Shown: one piece after another, positions 1 to 10,200 of the stretch
Layout of the letters: every line of letters begins with the position of its first letter
How positions within the stretch are numbered: position 1 is the first letter of the stretch
IMG/VR virus record: IMGVR_UViG_3300030061_003823
Length of the DNA stretch: 64,000 nt
Strand: one strand, 5' to 3'
DNA from: an uncultured virus (IMG/VR IMGVR_UViG_3300030061_003823)
Taxonomy: Duplodnaviria; Heunggongvirae; Uroviricota; Caudoviricetes
Notes under the pieces: generated by a model
Told to the model about the DNA's origin: nothing
The model's database searches: none
The model's input: the letters and a program-made list of their open reading frames with translations, nothing else
Translations under genes and position numbers: made by a program

Positions 1-89
1 TTCTTTTGTTGGATTAATTTTCCCATAGTAACCGACTTTTCTTGTTGTCTCCAACCAATAGATATTATTTTTGTAGTTTTAGTTTTCAT
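1..89 (-). CDS. hypothetical protein, 5' part only (runs off window)
   Basis: ATG at 89 lies 4 nt downstream of a TATCTTTG motif (94-101); the frame MKTKTTKIISIGWRQQ... is open to the window edge. Confidence 0.55.
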   Translation of the reverse strand, partial: MKTKTTKIISIGWRQQEKSVTMGKLIQQK

Positions 90-124
90 ACTACAAAGAT
101 AAGAAATTTTTATAACTTATACAA

Positions 125-271
125 CTATTTTGTAAGTCTTCTGAAATTAACTAATTGTTTTCTAATTGACTCTTTTAATTTAATAACTTGTTCTTCTTTT
201 TGTTTTTTTATTGCAGGATTAGTATTCTCTGATACCACTCTTTTTTTCTTATTTTTACAATTACACCCCAT
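125..271 (-). CDS. small basic protein MGCNCKNKKK... (48 aa, not in ORF track)
   Basis: Manual translation; N-terminal MGCNCK motif and a KLKESIRKQL segment resembling the family tag. Confidence 0.6.
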   Translation of the reverse strand: MGCNCKNKKKRVVSENTNPAIKKQKEEQVIKLKESIRKQLVNFRRLTK

Positions 272-293
272 ATTTTTTATTATTTTTTATTTT

Positions 294-778
294 TTATTTA
301 GGATATGTGCCTGTACCTCCTCCTACTCCACCTCCTGTATCGGGTACTGTAGGGACTTCTATTCCTAAAATTGATTTTAATAGTTCGGTTGTGTTATCTC
401 CACTATACTTATATATCTTTTTAGCCATAGCCCTCACATATAATATAATACCATTATTGTCCGCATATTTTTCCCACATTTCTGTGATTTCTTCCGGTGT
501 TGGTGCGCCCTCCTTCAAACTTTCGTATACCTCATTATAAACCATAAAAGCTTTTTTTGGGTTCTTAGGTAGTTTCTCAAAAATTCTACCAAAAGGTAAC
601 TTTTCGATATAAGGTTTTGTTTCCCCATTTTCTACCTCCTCAAGATTCCCCAAGTTCAAATTAACNNNNNNNNNNTAACTAATGGTTTTAGTTGTTTGTC
701 TACCGAAGAAAATGCATCAGAAGAAATATCTTCCCTCAATATTTTTCTTAAGTTTAATCTAATATTATTGTCGTTCAT
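294..778 (-). CDS. hypothetical protein spanning an N gap (N-term MNDNNIRLNLRKILRED)
   Basis: ORF 294-659 plus an upstream ATG at 778 with a TATTTATA motif at 796-803; frame across the Ns at 666-674 is uncertain. Confidence 0.6.
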
Positions 779-806
779 ATAAAAAGCGTCTTTACTATAA
801 ATATAC

Positions 807-1172
807 CTAAATAATATTAAGGATTAAAGAAAACTCTCTATGGTCTTCCCATCCCGCAGTTCCCCTAGAACCATATCGAATTTCGTTAATATTAAATTGT
901 GTGTGTATATTAAACTCATTTTCTAAATGTGCCTCTATTATTTCTATAACTTCTTTAAGTTTACAACGATGTCCTTTATTCCCCCTTAAAATAAGATAGT
1001 GTTCGTCTCCACTTGAATCGAGTTTTACTTTATCTATAGTCGCATATGATTTTACTTTATTATCTAATGATTCTGAAAGTTCTTTAAGGAAACGATTAAG
1101 GTCTTTGGTAACAATCTCGTTGATGTATTTATTACCCATCCATTTTAATATTTTTGAGTCAGTCTTGAACAT
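807..1172 (-). CDS. hypothetical protein
   Basis: 121 aa ORF with typical composition. Confidence 0.65.
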   Translation of the reverse strand: MFKTDSKILKWMGNKYINEIVTKDLNRFLKELSESLDNKVKSYATIDKVKLDSSGDEHYLILRGNKGHRCKLKEVIEIIEAHLENEFNIHTQFNINEIRYGSRGTAGWEDHREFSLILNII

Positions 1173-1229
1173 AAGAAGAGTATACGAAGTTTAACTGAAA
1201 AGTGTATGGGTGTGAAATAAAAAACACCG

Positions 1230-1310
1230 TCTCCGGTGTATAAAAATGCTCTCTCCTTTCCATGTCTTTTACCCCCTTTCCCCCTATTCATTATATATAT
1301 ACACCGGAGA
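1230..1310. repeat. 13-bp perfect inverted repeat enclosing a pyrimidine-rich spacer
   Basis: TCTCCGGTGTATA (1230-1242) / TATACACCGGAGA (1298-1310), between divergent genes. Confidence 0.85.
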
Positions 1311-1368
1311 TTTGGAAAAGGCTAAAATGTTAATAAAAAACTTGTGTTTTATATGATATTTATATTAA

Positions 1369-2463
1369 ATGAAGTATCTAATTAAGAAAATATTAAACGA
1401 GGGGAAGTCTCTTGATAAAATTACTGATGTCTTATTCTACGAAGATGAGTATAGAGATGGTGAAGCGCAAGAAATAATTAAATTATTTGGTTATGATATA
1501 GCATCACTTTATCATTTCATTGATGACAGAGGAAGAGGTTTAGAATTTCTTGAACATTTACAAGAACGTGTTTATCACGGAGGTATGTTTTTAATCAAGG
1601 CTTTACAAATAGGGAAACCAACATATTCAAAAGAAGACATGGATTTATTTATGACTTGGATTTTTCCTATGTGGGAAAATATAGAACTATCAAGGAAAGG
1701 TGATAGGATAATCTTAGGAATTGTTGGAAATGAACAAACTGAGCTTTTTGTTGGTGACTCTGAAGATATAGCGGAAATAGTATTTGACCCAGATGCAATG
1801 CCTATGGAACTAAATTTTATAAAGCTAAATGCTGAGGATTTGGTTGACATGATGACTGAAGAAAATTTTATTGGTTTGGTAAGGTATGTTGGTAAACATC
1901 ATATGAATGAAGAAATAGATACTTTTAGAGAAGAGTTTGATCCATGGGTAGACTCGGATAAAATAGGGGATAGAAGTTTTTTCTTAACTCCAGATAGACT
2001 TAATAGGTTTTTAGACCCTTCTCAGGATTTGGAAAGTAGGAAATATAATTTTACTGTTTTATTAGATAGTTCGGATAAATTATCAGATATCCTAAACGAA
2101 GTTGAGTGGGTATACAGTGATAGTTATAATTGGGTTTATGAGAATGAGTACCGAAAAATGTATCGTGATGCTTTAGAAGGTTTGATTGGTAAACCTGTCG
2201 GTGAAAGTAAGGTTGATCCTAAGAATGAGAACTCCACAAAAATAACCTTTTACGATGTTACCGATTTAATGTCAACCATATTGTGGCAAGCAACCAAAGA
2301 TGGGGAAGACCCTGGACAATCAACAGCGTTTGACCTGATCAGAGCACATAAAGGTTATTTAACTCCGGGAGAACCGGATTGGCCAGATGAAGGGAATGAA
2401 GAAATTGTAGATAGTTACAATGAATATCTAGAGGATTTGTTTGGTGAAGGGGAAATTTATTAG
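1369..2463 (+). CDS. acidic hypothetical protein with N-terminal tag (MKYLIKKILNE)
   Basis: 364 aa ORF; TATTTATA at 1357-1364. Confidence 0.85.
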   Translation: MKYLIKKILNEGKSLDKITDVLFYEDEYRDGEAQEIIKLFGYDIASLYHFIDDRGRGLEFLEHLQERVYHGGMFLIKALQIGKPTYSKEDMDLFMTWIFPMWENIELSRKGDRIILGIVGNEQTELFVGDSEDIAEIVFDPDAMPMELNFIKLNAEDLVDMMTEENFIGLVRYVGKHHMNEEIDTFREEFDPWVDSDKIGDRSFFLTPDRLNRFLDPSQDLESRKYNFTVLLDSSDKLSDILNEVEWVYSDSYNWVYENEYRKMYRDALEGLIGKPVGESKVDPKNENSTKITFYDVTDLMSTILWQATKDGEDPGQSTAFDLIRAHKGYLTPGEPDWPDEGNEEIVDSYNEYLEDLFGEGEIY

Positions 2464-2475
2464 TATACTTAATAT

Positions 2476-2676
2476 ATGATATTAACTTATTTTTTTATTG
2501 GTGTAGTTTTCACTTTTTTGGTTGACCTTTTAATTAGTTTTCTTGGACGTATTAATTTCCCTAACTTTGAACGTGATATTATGTGGGATAACTCACAAAG
2601 AATATTATGTGTTATACTTTGGCCTTTAGGTATAGTATGGTTTATTATTGCCTTTTTTAGATCTTTGTTTAGTTAA
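2476..2676 (+). CDS. small membrane protein (2 TM)
   Basis: Two hydrophobic segments in 66 aa. Confidence 0.7.
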   Translation: MILTYFFIGVVFTFLVDLLISFLGRINFPNFERDIMWDNSQRILCVILWPLGIVWFIIAFFRSLFS

Positions 2677-3595
2677 ATAACTCTCGATACATTGCATCTA
2701 AAGCATCAAACATCTTTTCACTTATATAATCCTTTGGGTCGTTAATTTTCATATCTTTAACTGGGATATCGATAGGGATATTTTTATCCTCTGTTGTGGT
2801 CTTGTAAATAAAGGCTGGTTTTATGTTTAATTTTTTTGCTGTAGAATCTGCTTGTATCATTTTAACACCATTTTCATCTTGTAATCCCCATGACTTACCT
2901 GTGGTATAAGGAATCATACTATAAAATTCATTTCTTACTTTATCTCTATCGTAACTAGAAACATGAATTATAATTTGTGCTAAATAATCATCGTCATAAA
3001 CCTTTTCAATCCAAACAAACTCTTCATCGTTATTTTCTCCGGAAATTTTGTTTATAATAGACTCGATTCTTTTTTCTAACCCATCCATAGTTTTACTCAT
3101 TATCTCTGGTGTAGAACCTTGTGTTTGTAACTGAGTACTTAATATTTCTCCTAAGGTTAAACCACTCTCGATAAATAATTGTTCAAAATCAGAAGAATTC
3201 ATAAATTCTGCAACATCTCTAATATCTTGTCCACTAACATTAGCACTGTCAGAACCTAGTCCTATCGTTGTACCAGCTTTAGTTGTTTTAAGACTAATAT
3301 TAGAATCACCTAATTTTATATCGGTAACTCCTTGACTACCCCCAACATTTTCCGCGTCTACCCCTTCATCCCGTAATAATTTGGTTAAGATTACTTCAGA
3401 GATTGTACCTAAACTATAAGGGTCAAAGAAATTAAGAATTGTAAGATATCTGGCGTATTTAGGTGCTATTCTTCTAAACAACTCTACTAAACGTTCTTCC
3501 GTTTCTCTAGAAACTGAAATAACCTCTTCTTCAAAAAGACCCATTAGGACTTTCACTCTACTCACCTCTTCGTTCAATGTAACAAATTTTTTCAT
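2669..3595 (-). CDS. putative PD-(D/E)xK-fold nuclease-like protein with N-terminal tag LNEEVSRVKVLMGL
   Basis: E...GVTDIKLGDSNISLKT resembles the D-x(n)-(S/E)xK catalytic motif; TATTTATA upstream (3600-3607). Confidence 0.55.
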   Translation of the reverse strand: MKKFVTLNEEVSRVKVLMGLFEEEVISVSRETEERLVELFRRIAPKYARYLTILNFFDPYSLGTISEVILTKLLRDEGVDAENVGGSQGVTDIKLGDSNISLKTTKAGTTIGLGSDSANVSGQDIRDVAEFMNSSDFEQLFIESGLTLGEILSTQLQTQGSTPEIMSKTMDGLEKRIESIINKISGENNDEEFVWIEKVYDDDYLAQIIIHVSSYDRDKVRNEFYSMIPYTTGKSWGLQDENGVKMIQADSTAKKLNIKPAFIYKTTTEDKNIPIDIPVKDMKINDPKDYISEKMFDALDAMYRELFN

Positions 3596-3657
3596 ATACT
3601 ATAAATATAAACATTGTCTTAATAAGATAATATACTTAAATTTAATAAAAAAAAATT

Positions 3658-3804
3658 ATGGAAAAAATTAAAAATAGAGTGTGGGAGAAATATATGACGA
3701 TAAAAGGTGGTGACTTTCCAAATTGGTATGAAGGATTAAGTCCGGTTGAACAATCCGTTTGGAAAAAACGATTTGACGACCGTATTAGTAAAACTAACTC
3801 TTAG
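3658..3804 (+). CDS. small hypothetical protein (48 aa, not in ORF track)
   Basis: Manual translation MEKIKNRVWEKYMTIKGGDFPNW...; followed by a terminator. Confidence 0.55.
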   Translation: MEKIKNRVWEKYMTIKGGDFPNWYEGLSPVEQSVWKKRFDDRISKTNS

Positions 3805-3809
3805 TTAAT

Positions 3810-3836
3810 AAAAAAGACCTCGATAGAGGTCTTTAA
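3810..3836. terminator. bidirectional intrinsic terminator
   Basis: AAAGACCTC-GATA-GAGGTCTTT hairpin with A/T tracts between convergent genes. Confidence 0.8.
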
Positions 3837-3856
3837 TTATAATATTTGAATAGAGA

Positions 3857-4777
3857 CTATTTTCTCATTCCTTTTCTTTCTGTTCCTCTTTTTGTACCTC
3901 CAACTGAAGACATTGAAGGTGAACCTGTAGCTGATTTTTTATCTCTACCACTGCCCACCATCATCGCGGATACCATTGGTTGGTCTGGAGTTCCCGTTCC
4001 AGTTGAACCTCCATTAGGGTTACTAGGACTACCACAACAGTTATCAGCATTTAACGCCGATAAAACACAATCTAAATAAGCTACCTTAGCTGTTTTTTGT
4101 GCTATCCAAGCAGGACCCATCGGTACCCCAGGTGCAGGGTTATTAGTATTAATTACTATTCCAGTTGATAGATGTCCTAAATGTTTTTGTCTTACAACTT
4201 CAAGGAAATTACAACCTCTATGATATGGGTAATTCATCGGGTTTGGTGGGTTTGTATACCAACTAAGCATATTACTTAAAAATTGAGTAGGATCCCCACT
4301 AACAAACTGACTTGCTAAATTTGCTTGTGTTGCGCAAGGACCAGAAATATCTGGGAAAGCACATGGGTCACTAGTTGGTGTTATTCCATCACAAGGGTCA
4401 CCAGTACCACTAGGAATCATGTTTGGAGGACAATTAGGTCCTGGAAACATTTGACTAACAGGAAATCCATTATCGCAAAAATCACAAGAAACCGCAGAAG
4501 TACCTAGTTCATTATCATTATCATCTATTTCTAAATCTAAATCATCTAATCCAAGTGGACCACTTGGTCCTACATCACCCATACAATCTGCATGACCACA
4601 GTCATCCATCATTAAAGTACTACAATCGTCATTAGCACTAGAAAAAGTAACTGGTATACAATCAGGTCCACCATCACAACACATACCAGGAAAACCAGGT
4701 GCTTCATTTAATAGTCCTTTATAATGATTTCTAGCCTCATTTAATCGACTCATCGGATTGTTATAAATTTTTCCCAT
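3857..4777 (-). CDS. Cys/Gly/Pro-rich modular protein (tag family)
   Basis: N-term RLNEARNHYKGLLNE; many Cys; contains the GCNFL...K...C helical module. Confidence 0.85.
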   Translation of the reverse strand: MGKIYNNPMSRLNEARNHYKGLLNEAPGFPGMCCDGGPDCIPVTFSSANDDCSTLMMDDCGHADCMGDVGPSGPLGLDDLDLEIDDNDNELGTSAVSCDFCDNGFPVSQMFPGPNCPPNMIPSGTGDPCDGITPTSDPCAFPDISGPCATQANLASQFVSGDPTQFLSNMLSWYTNPPNPMNYPYHRGCNFLEVVRQKHLGHLSTGIVINTNNPAPGVPMGPAWIAQKTAKVAYLDCVLSALNADNCCGSPSNPNGGSTGTGTPDQPMVSAMMVGSGRDKKSATGSPSMSSVGGTKRGTERKGMRK

Positions 4778-4782
4778 TTTTT

Positions 4783-5472
4783 TTATTTTCTTATCCTTCT
4801 ATTGTTATTTCTTCTTACAGCGTCCCAATCCATATTTTCATATATTAACTTTCTTATTCTTCTATAATCGTTTCTAGTGTTAGGAGTTGTTTCTTTTTGT
4901 TCTCTTATGATTGTTCCACATTTACTATGTCTTATTGCAGACTCTATAAATCTAAGTTTCTTTGACAGGATATTTTGTTTTTTAATATCTCTATTTGTTT
5001 CGTACAAATGAGTAAGTTTGTCCTCATTAAGTGATTTACGACTTTGTAAGAACTTACAACCGTATTTCCTATAACCTTCTTTCATGTTTTTTTCAAAACG
5101 TTGGTCTTCGATATCAGAGTCAACACCTATAACTTTAGATGCTCTCCCATCAAACTTACCTCTAGCATGGTCAATTTTTTTATAGTCTTTTCCTTTATGT
5201 CCTTTATTTCCTCCTCCATCATCAGCAACTTTACCCCAGTCATTACCCCACCAGTTATCCATCATACCATCACAGTCACATCTACCGAACTTCCCATGAT
5301 GTACACATTCACATTCACCACATCCTCCTGGACAATATGGTGCTTCATTAAGTCTTCTTCCTCCACTCATACTCATACCTCCTCCTATGGCTTCATTTAC
5401 TCCCTTTTCAGCGAGTATTCTTTTAACCATATTGGTTAAATCACTCTCTTTTATTTTAATTGGTCTAGCCAT
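4783..5472 (-). CDS. tag-family protein with Cys-rich microdomain
   Basis: PIKIKESDLTNMVKRILAE tag; RLNE-APYCPGGCGECEC...; GCKFLQSR module. Confidence 0.85.
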   Translation of the reverse strand: MARPIKIKESDLTNMVKRILAEKGVNEAIGGGMSMSGGRRLNEAPYCPGGCGECECVHHGKFGRCDCDGMMDNWWGNDWGKVADDGGGNKGHKGKDYKKIDHARGKFDGRASKVIGVDSDIEDQRFEKNMKEGYRKYGCKFLQSRKSLNEDKLTHLYETNRDIKKQNILSKKLRFIESAIRHSKCGTIIREQKETTPNTRNDYRRIRKLIYENMDWDAVRRNNNRRIRK

Positions 5473-5473
5473 A

Positions 5474-5866
5474 TTATCTTCTTCTTCTGATTCTTCTGTT
5501 TTGATTTCTTCTAGACTCTCTTAAGTTAGCAGCTTTTCTTCTCATACTTTCTGCGAATGATGTATTTGCTTCACCTCTATCTTCATGACTTTCATCATAA
5601 GACATATCTTTTTTAAGTGCGTCTAAATGTTTTTCTATCTCACCGATTCTATCAGCAGGTGCCATACCCATTTCATGTTCTAAACCCATTTCTTCTCTAT
5701 GGTCAGCTCCTTCTAATTCACCATAGTTATAAGTTTCTTCACCTTCAGTGTCTTCTGTTACAGGAGCAAACCCATAACCAAAACCACCAACTTGAGCAGC
5801 TTGTTCTTTAACGACTCTTTCAATTAAGTTTGTTAAGTCTGATTCACTAAGTCTAATTTTTTTCAT
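5474..5866 (-). CDS. tag-family acidic/basic protein
   Basis: MKKIRLSESDLTNLIERVVKEQ tag; Arg-rich C-terminus. Confidence 0.85.
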   Translation of the reverse strand: MKKIRLSESDLTNLIERVVKEQAAQVGGFGYGFAPVTEDTEGEETYNYGELEGADHREEMGLEHEMGMAPADRIGEIEKHLDALKKDMSYDESHEDRGEANTSFAESMRRKAANLRESRRNQNRRIRRRR

Positions 5867-5894
5867 TTTTGTTTTTGTTTAATTTTTATTTTTA

Positions 5895-6500
5895 TTAAAG
5901 ACTGGTCATGTCGACATCAATCATATTATAATTAACTGAGTAATAACCATTATCCATAGTCTTTACTACATTTTCCATACCCATATTTAATAAATCTTGT
6001 GCCATCGCACCTGACCAAAGAGTATCGTCATTTTTATAGTTAAATGTATAAATTGGAATTCCAGATTTAGAAATTCCAGTTCTATTTATATTTTCTTTTA
6101 ATCTAGAGTCAGAGTGTTCCCAACCACACCAAGTGGCGAACGCCCAAGCCGCAATAGTCCAACTAAATATTGCTAAAATTATACAAGCCGCTGGTTTAGG
6201 ATCTTCATCTGGTGGTAAATCACCCATTCTCATTTTGAACTCAGAAGGTGTTAAAGATTTTCCTTTCGCCCATTTAGGGGATTCATTATACATTTTAGAA
6301 TAACCTTTCATTATAGAATCCATAGAGTCCATATTCATACACTTCATTAGTTTTTTACAGTCTTTTTTACTAAGTTTTTTTAAGTCTTTTCTTGAAGTTG
6401 GACCCTCCTTCTTTCCTTTTCTTTTTTCTGTTTCTTCTCTAACTAGGTCTGCGATTATTCTAGTTAATTCTGTTTCGGTTAATCTAATTTTTTTTCCCAT
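5895..6500 (-). CDS. tag-family protein with hydrophobic segment and C-terminal peptidase S74-like intramolecular chaperone domain
   Basis: SDSRLKENI...IPIYTFNYK...GAMAQDL...YYSVNY matches the S74 pattern SD-x-R-L-K-x-N-I. Confidence 0.8.
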   Translation of the reverse strand: MGKKIRLTETELTRIIADLVREETEKRKGKKEGPTSRKDLKKLSKKDCKKLMKCMNMDSMDSIMKGYSKMYNESPKWAKGKSLTPSEFKMRMGDLPPDEDPKPAACIILAIFSWTIAAWAFATWCGWEHSDSRLKENINRTGISKSGIPIYTFNYKNDDTLWSGAMAQDLLNMGMENVVKTMDNGYYSVNYNMIDVDMTSL

Positions 6501-6555
6501 AATAAATGTTTTTATAATAAATACATCAAAAGTTAATAAAATCGTAGATTAAAGG

Positions 6556-7236
6556 TTAATACCCAATCAATCTTTTAATTTTGTTAACTTCTTCTCTTAG
6601 TTCTTTTCTTTCGTTACCTTCCCCTGAAGGTTTTTCTTCTTTATGTTCTCTATCTTTTATTGTCTCACTTCCTGGTTTAGGAGGTCGTTTTACAAACTCT
6701 AAATCTGGATTTTCGAGTTCCCAATCAGTTTCTATTGGTCCACCAGGGTCCGTTGCTCCCCAGACACAACCATAACAATCAGAGAATACTTGACTTGCAG
6801 TTGCTTGTTGCGGTTCCCAATAATGATCTTGTCCTGGAGGAATTTGACCAATTGGGTCAGGTGTTGCCGCTGGATAAAAAGATGGAAAAGGTGAACCACT
6901 AGATCTCCCTGTATACATCATACATCCCAACCATTGTCCTCCAATTGAAAGACCAACAACTTCCCCTGCACTAGGTTTTTGTGAACCTAGTTGATAATTC
7001 ACACCAGAAGAGTTCATCATTGAGTCGTATGTTATACCTGACCCCCATTGACCTGAACCAACTCCACTACCCGAATTTGACCAATGTTGTCCCTCAACAC
7101 CATTAACAGCATCGAAATACTCAATATATAATCCCAATTCCGGTCCTGATGGTTGCGAACCATCTCCAATAGATGAACCAGGAACATTATTCCCTCCTGA
7201 ACACAATCTCCATTTATCAAACCCTGGTGCTGGCAT
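6556..7236 (-). CDS. Gly/Ser/Pro-rich protein with C-terminal tag ELREEVNKIKRLIGY
   Basis: 226 aa ORF; TATTTATA at 7265-7272. Confidence 0.85.
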   Translation of the reverse strand: MPAPGFDKWRLCSGGNNVPGSSIGDGSQPSGPELGLYIEYFDAVNGVEGQHWSNSGSGVGSGQWGSGITYDSMMNSSGVNYQLGSQKPSAGEVVGLSIGGQWLGCMMYTGRSSGSPFPSFYPAATPDPIGQIPPGQDHYWEPQQATASQVFSDCYGCVWGATDPGGPIETDWELENPDLEFVKRPPKPGSETIKDREHKEEKPSGEGNERKELREEVNKIKRLIGY

Positions 7237-7289
7237 ATCTTTTAATTTTTATTTTGGTCTTTATTATAAATATGTAATCTATCCATTAA

Positions 7290-10200
7290 TTATAACTTAT
7301 AATTCCAGATAGTTTTCATTCGACTAAATTCTTCCTTTATTGTTTCTTTATTTTCACGATCCGAATCAGTTTTTTCAACGTCTAGTTCTTTTTCCTTTTC
7401 CTTATCTTTAGGTCTTTTTTTATCTACTGGGTCTATCACCTTAGGTAAACCACATTCACATTTAGGGTAAGGATACCAAATTTCATTAGGAGGACACCCA
7501 CCTGGTGGTGGTCCACAATCTTCTGCTTTCCAAGTATCCCATTCAGTACATGGAGAGTTTGCAACACAATCTTGAGCGTTACAGAATAAATCACTCCCTT
7601 GAGGAGTTTTATAAGTTTGTGGGTTTGTTCCTTGTGGTATTAACCAATTCATCATAAAGGAATAAGTTCCAGTTGACCCTGGAGGTCCTGATCCGTATTC
7701 TAAATAATCATAAACTGGTAAACAAACAGTCTGGTGATGACAAATCCAACATGAACCTCCTGGAGTTAAAGATGGAGTTTGTGAACAAAATTCTGGGGTA
7801 TTATCACAACTAGGTTTTGGAGGACAATTAACTGGGGCATCGGCTAAACAATCAGCTTGATTATTATAGTAGTTAAGAGTCATATTACTTGACATCCAAC
7901 TTGGGGATGGTTGACCACAAGTATTATCGTCACGACAAGTCCAACATCCATAAGGTTTTGGCCAATACGTATCTTGGTCACAATCATGTATATCCCCACA
8001 ACAATCACAAGCCCAATGGGTTCCACCTCCAGCTACACAAAATTCGTAACAAAAAGTACTATTTCCATCCATTATCCCATAAGCTTGACTATTTTGTAAA
8101 CCCATATTATAAGCATCGTTTAACATGGTATAGGTAGACCCTAAAGAATTGGGTAGATTGGTAGCACTTGAAAAATCAAAAGTAGTACAGTCTGGTTCAC
8201 AATCAGTTGGGTCAAACGCTTGTGCCGTATCACAATTTGTAAGAGTTGCGGAGTTCAAGGAAGCACAACCACCCGGTGTCCAACCATTAATCATTATCCC
8301 TACTGGTTGACTTATGGTACCAGGTTGACCTACTTCACAACATGAACAGTTTATTGGAGGAGGTAATTGACAAGAGTTATCGTCGATACAAGCAAGTGGG
8401 TCATAATTGGTTGCATTTACGTCGGTACAACCTAAAAAACAACAACAACTAGTATCACCCGGTACTACCAATCCATTATTATCTGGACATCCAATAGCAA
8501 GAGGGTCGTATACTTCACAACCATTAACACAAAATTGTGTACCTGTATTAACAATTGGTCCTACCACAGTAGGGTCTGGACAACCTGGAACTGGATATAT
8601 ACAACAACTCGTATCAGGACCACCTGGAACACCTGAACAATCTGCGTTAGCATTAGGATTAAAATTAGTGGCGTTTATATCTGTACAACCATCATATAAA
8701 CATGAACCATCATCCACTGTTGCGTTTGGGTCATAATTAAAAGCCAACGGATCAGTACATCCAGGAATTGGATAAACACATGAACCATCGTCTACTGTTG
8801 CTAAGGAGTTATAGTTTGTTGCTGCTGGGTCTGTACAACCATAAACTGGATAAATACAAGAACCGTCATCTTGAGTGGCGTTAGGGTCGTAATTAGTCGC
8901 CGCTGGGTCGGTACAACCTAACCAGTAACAAGAACCATCGTCTACTGTTGCTACAGGATTATAATTACTTGCGGTAGGATCGGTACATCCAACAGTTGGG
9001 AATACACAACTTCCATCATCTATGGTAGCATTAGGGTTATAATTTGTCGCTGCTGGGTCTGTACACCCAGGAATAATACAACTTCCATCATCTACGGTAG
9101 CGTTAGGGTCGTAATTAGTTGCAGTTGGGTCCGTACATCCTTCCCAATAACAACTTCCATCATCTACGGTAGCAAGTGGGTCGTAATTTGTGGCGGTAGA
9201 GTCAGTACATCCAAGAACATCATAAGTACAACTTCCATCATCAATTGTTGCACTTGGTAAATAATTGTTTGCATTTACATCTGTACAACCAGGAATAATA
9301 CAACTTCCATCGTCTACCACAGCAAGTGGGTCGTAATTGGTTGCAAGAGGATTAGTACATCCTTGTGGTGGAGGACAAACAGCAGCCTGTGCGTTATATA
9401 TATCTTGAGGTTGCATATACTTAGGTAAAGCAATAGAATCTAATAAACCAACAGCTGTGGTTGGCACACCTCCAGTGTAGTTTGGAAGTTGGAAAGGTTG
9501 TCCTATATCTGCGGCAGTACACATTTGACCATCACATTGAAAACACCCATCTGGGGTCGGTGCTACTGTTCCAGGACCCATTGACGACCAAACAGGACCA
9601 CTTCCCGGAGGGTATCCGGAATTACCTTGGTCACATATCATCCAACTTAACTCACCATGACAAATATCGGTAAAAGTACAACTTCCGTCATCTACCGTGG
9701 CATTTGGGTTATAGTTATTAGCTGCCGGGTCAGTACATCCAGGAATTGGATAGACACAAGACCCATCATCCATTGTTGCCGTTGGAAGGTAGTTGGTAGC
9801 TGTCGGGTCCGTACATCCATATTCTGGACTAGGAAGGCAATTACCATCTACAAAGTTATTATAATAATGAGGACAATTATATATGTTTGTTGCTGGTGGG
9901 TTCGAACCATAATTACAGACGTTAGTTACAGTTGGTGTAGATTGTCCAACGGATACAAGTCTAAGATGATATGTTGCAGCTTGATAGTGGTTTGGTTTGA
10001 TAATAACTTCAAATTCGTTACCCACATCAGCTTGAGTACATAATTGATCGTTACATTTTTCCGGTACCCAATAGTTTGGTATACCCAGGTAATAACCATT
10101 AACACCATAATCTACATCAGCAATATCACCATATTGAACAGTACCTGCATTAAGTCCTATTGAAAATGCTGTAGCCCCCAGTTGTCCCTGAGGACCTGGT

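Noticed and set aside
660..680. Apparent truncation of the 294-659 ORF
   Set aside because: Caused by an N gap; an upstream ATG at 778 exists
8380..9815. Tandem repeats of about 72-78 bp as a possible CRISPR array
   Set aside because: The repeats are in-frame and degenerate at synonymous positions, they encode GCTD...DDGSC, and there are no unique spacers or cas genes
7889..10108. Several antisense or alternative-frame ORFs over the Cys-rich genes (also at 52327 and 59423-63459)
   Set aside because: Shadow ORFs of long, codon-biased genes, with no promoter motif or recognisable domain
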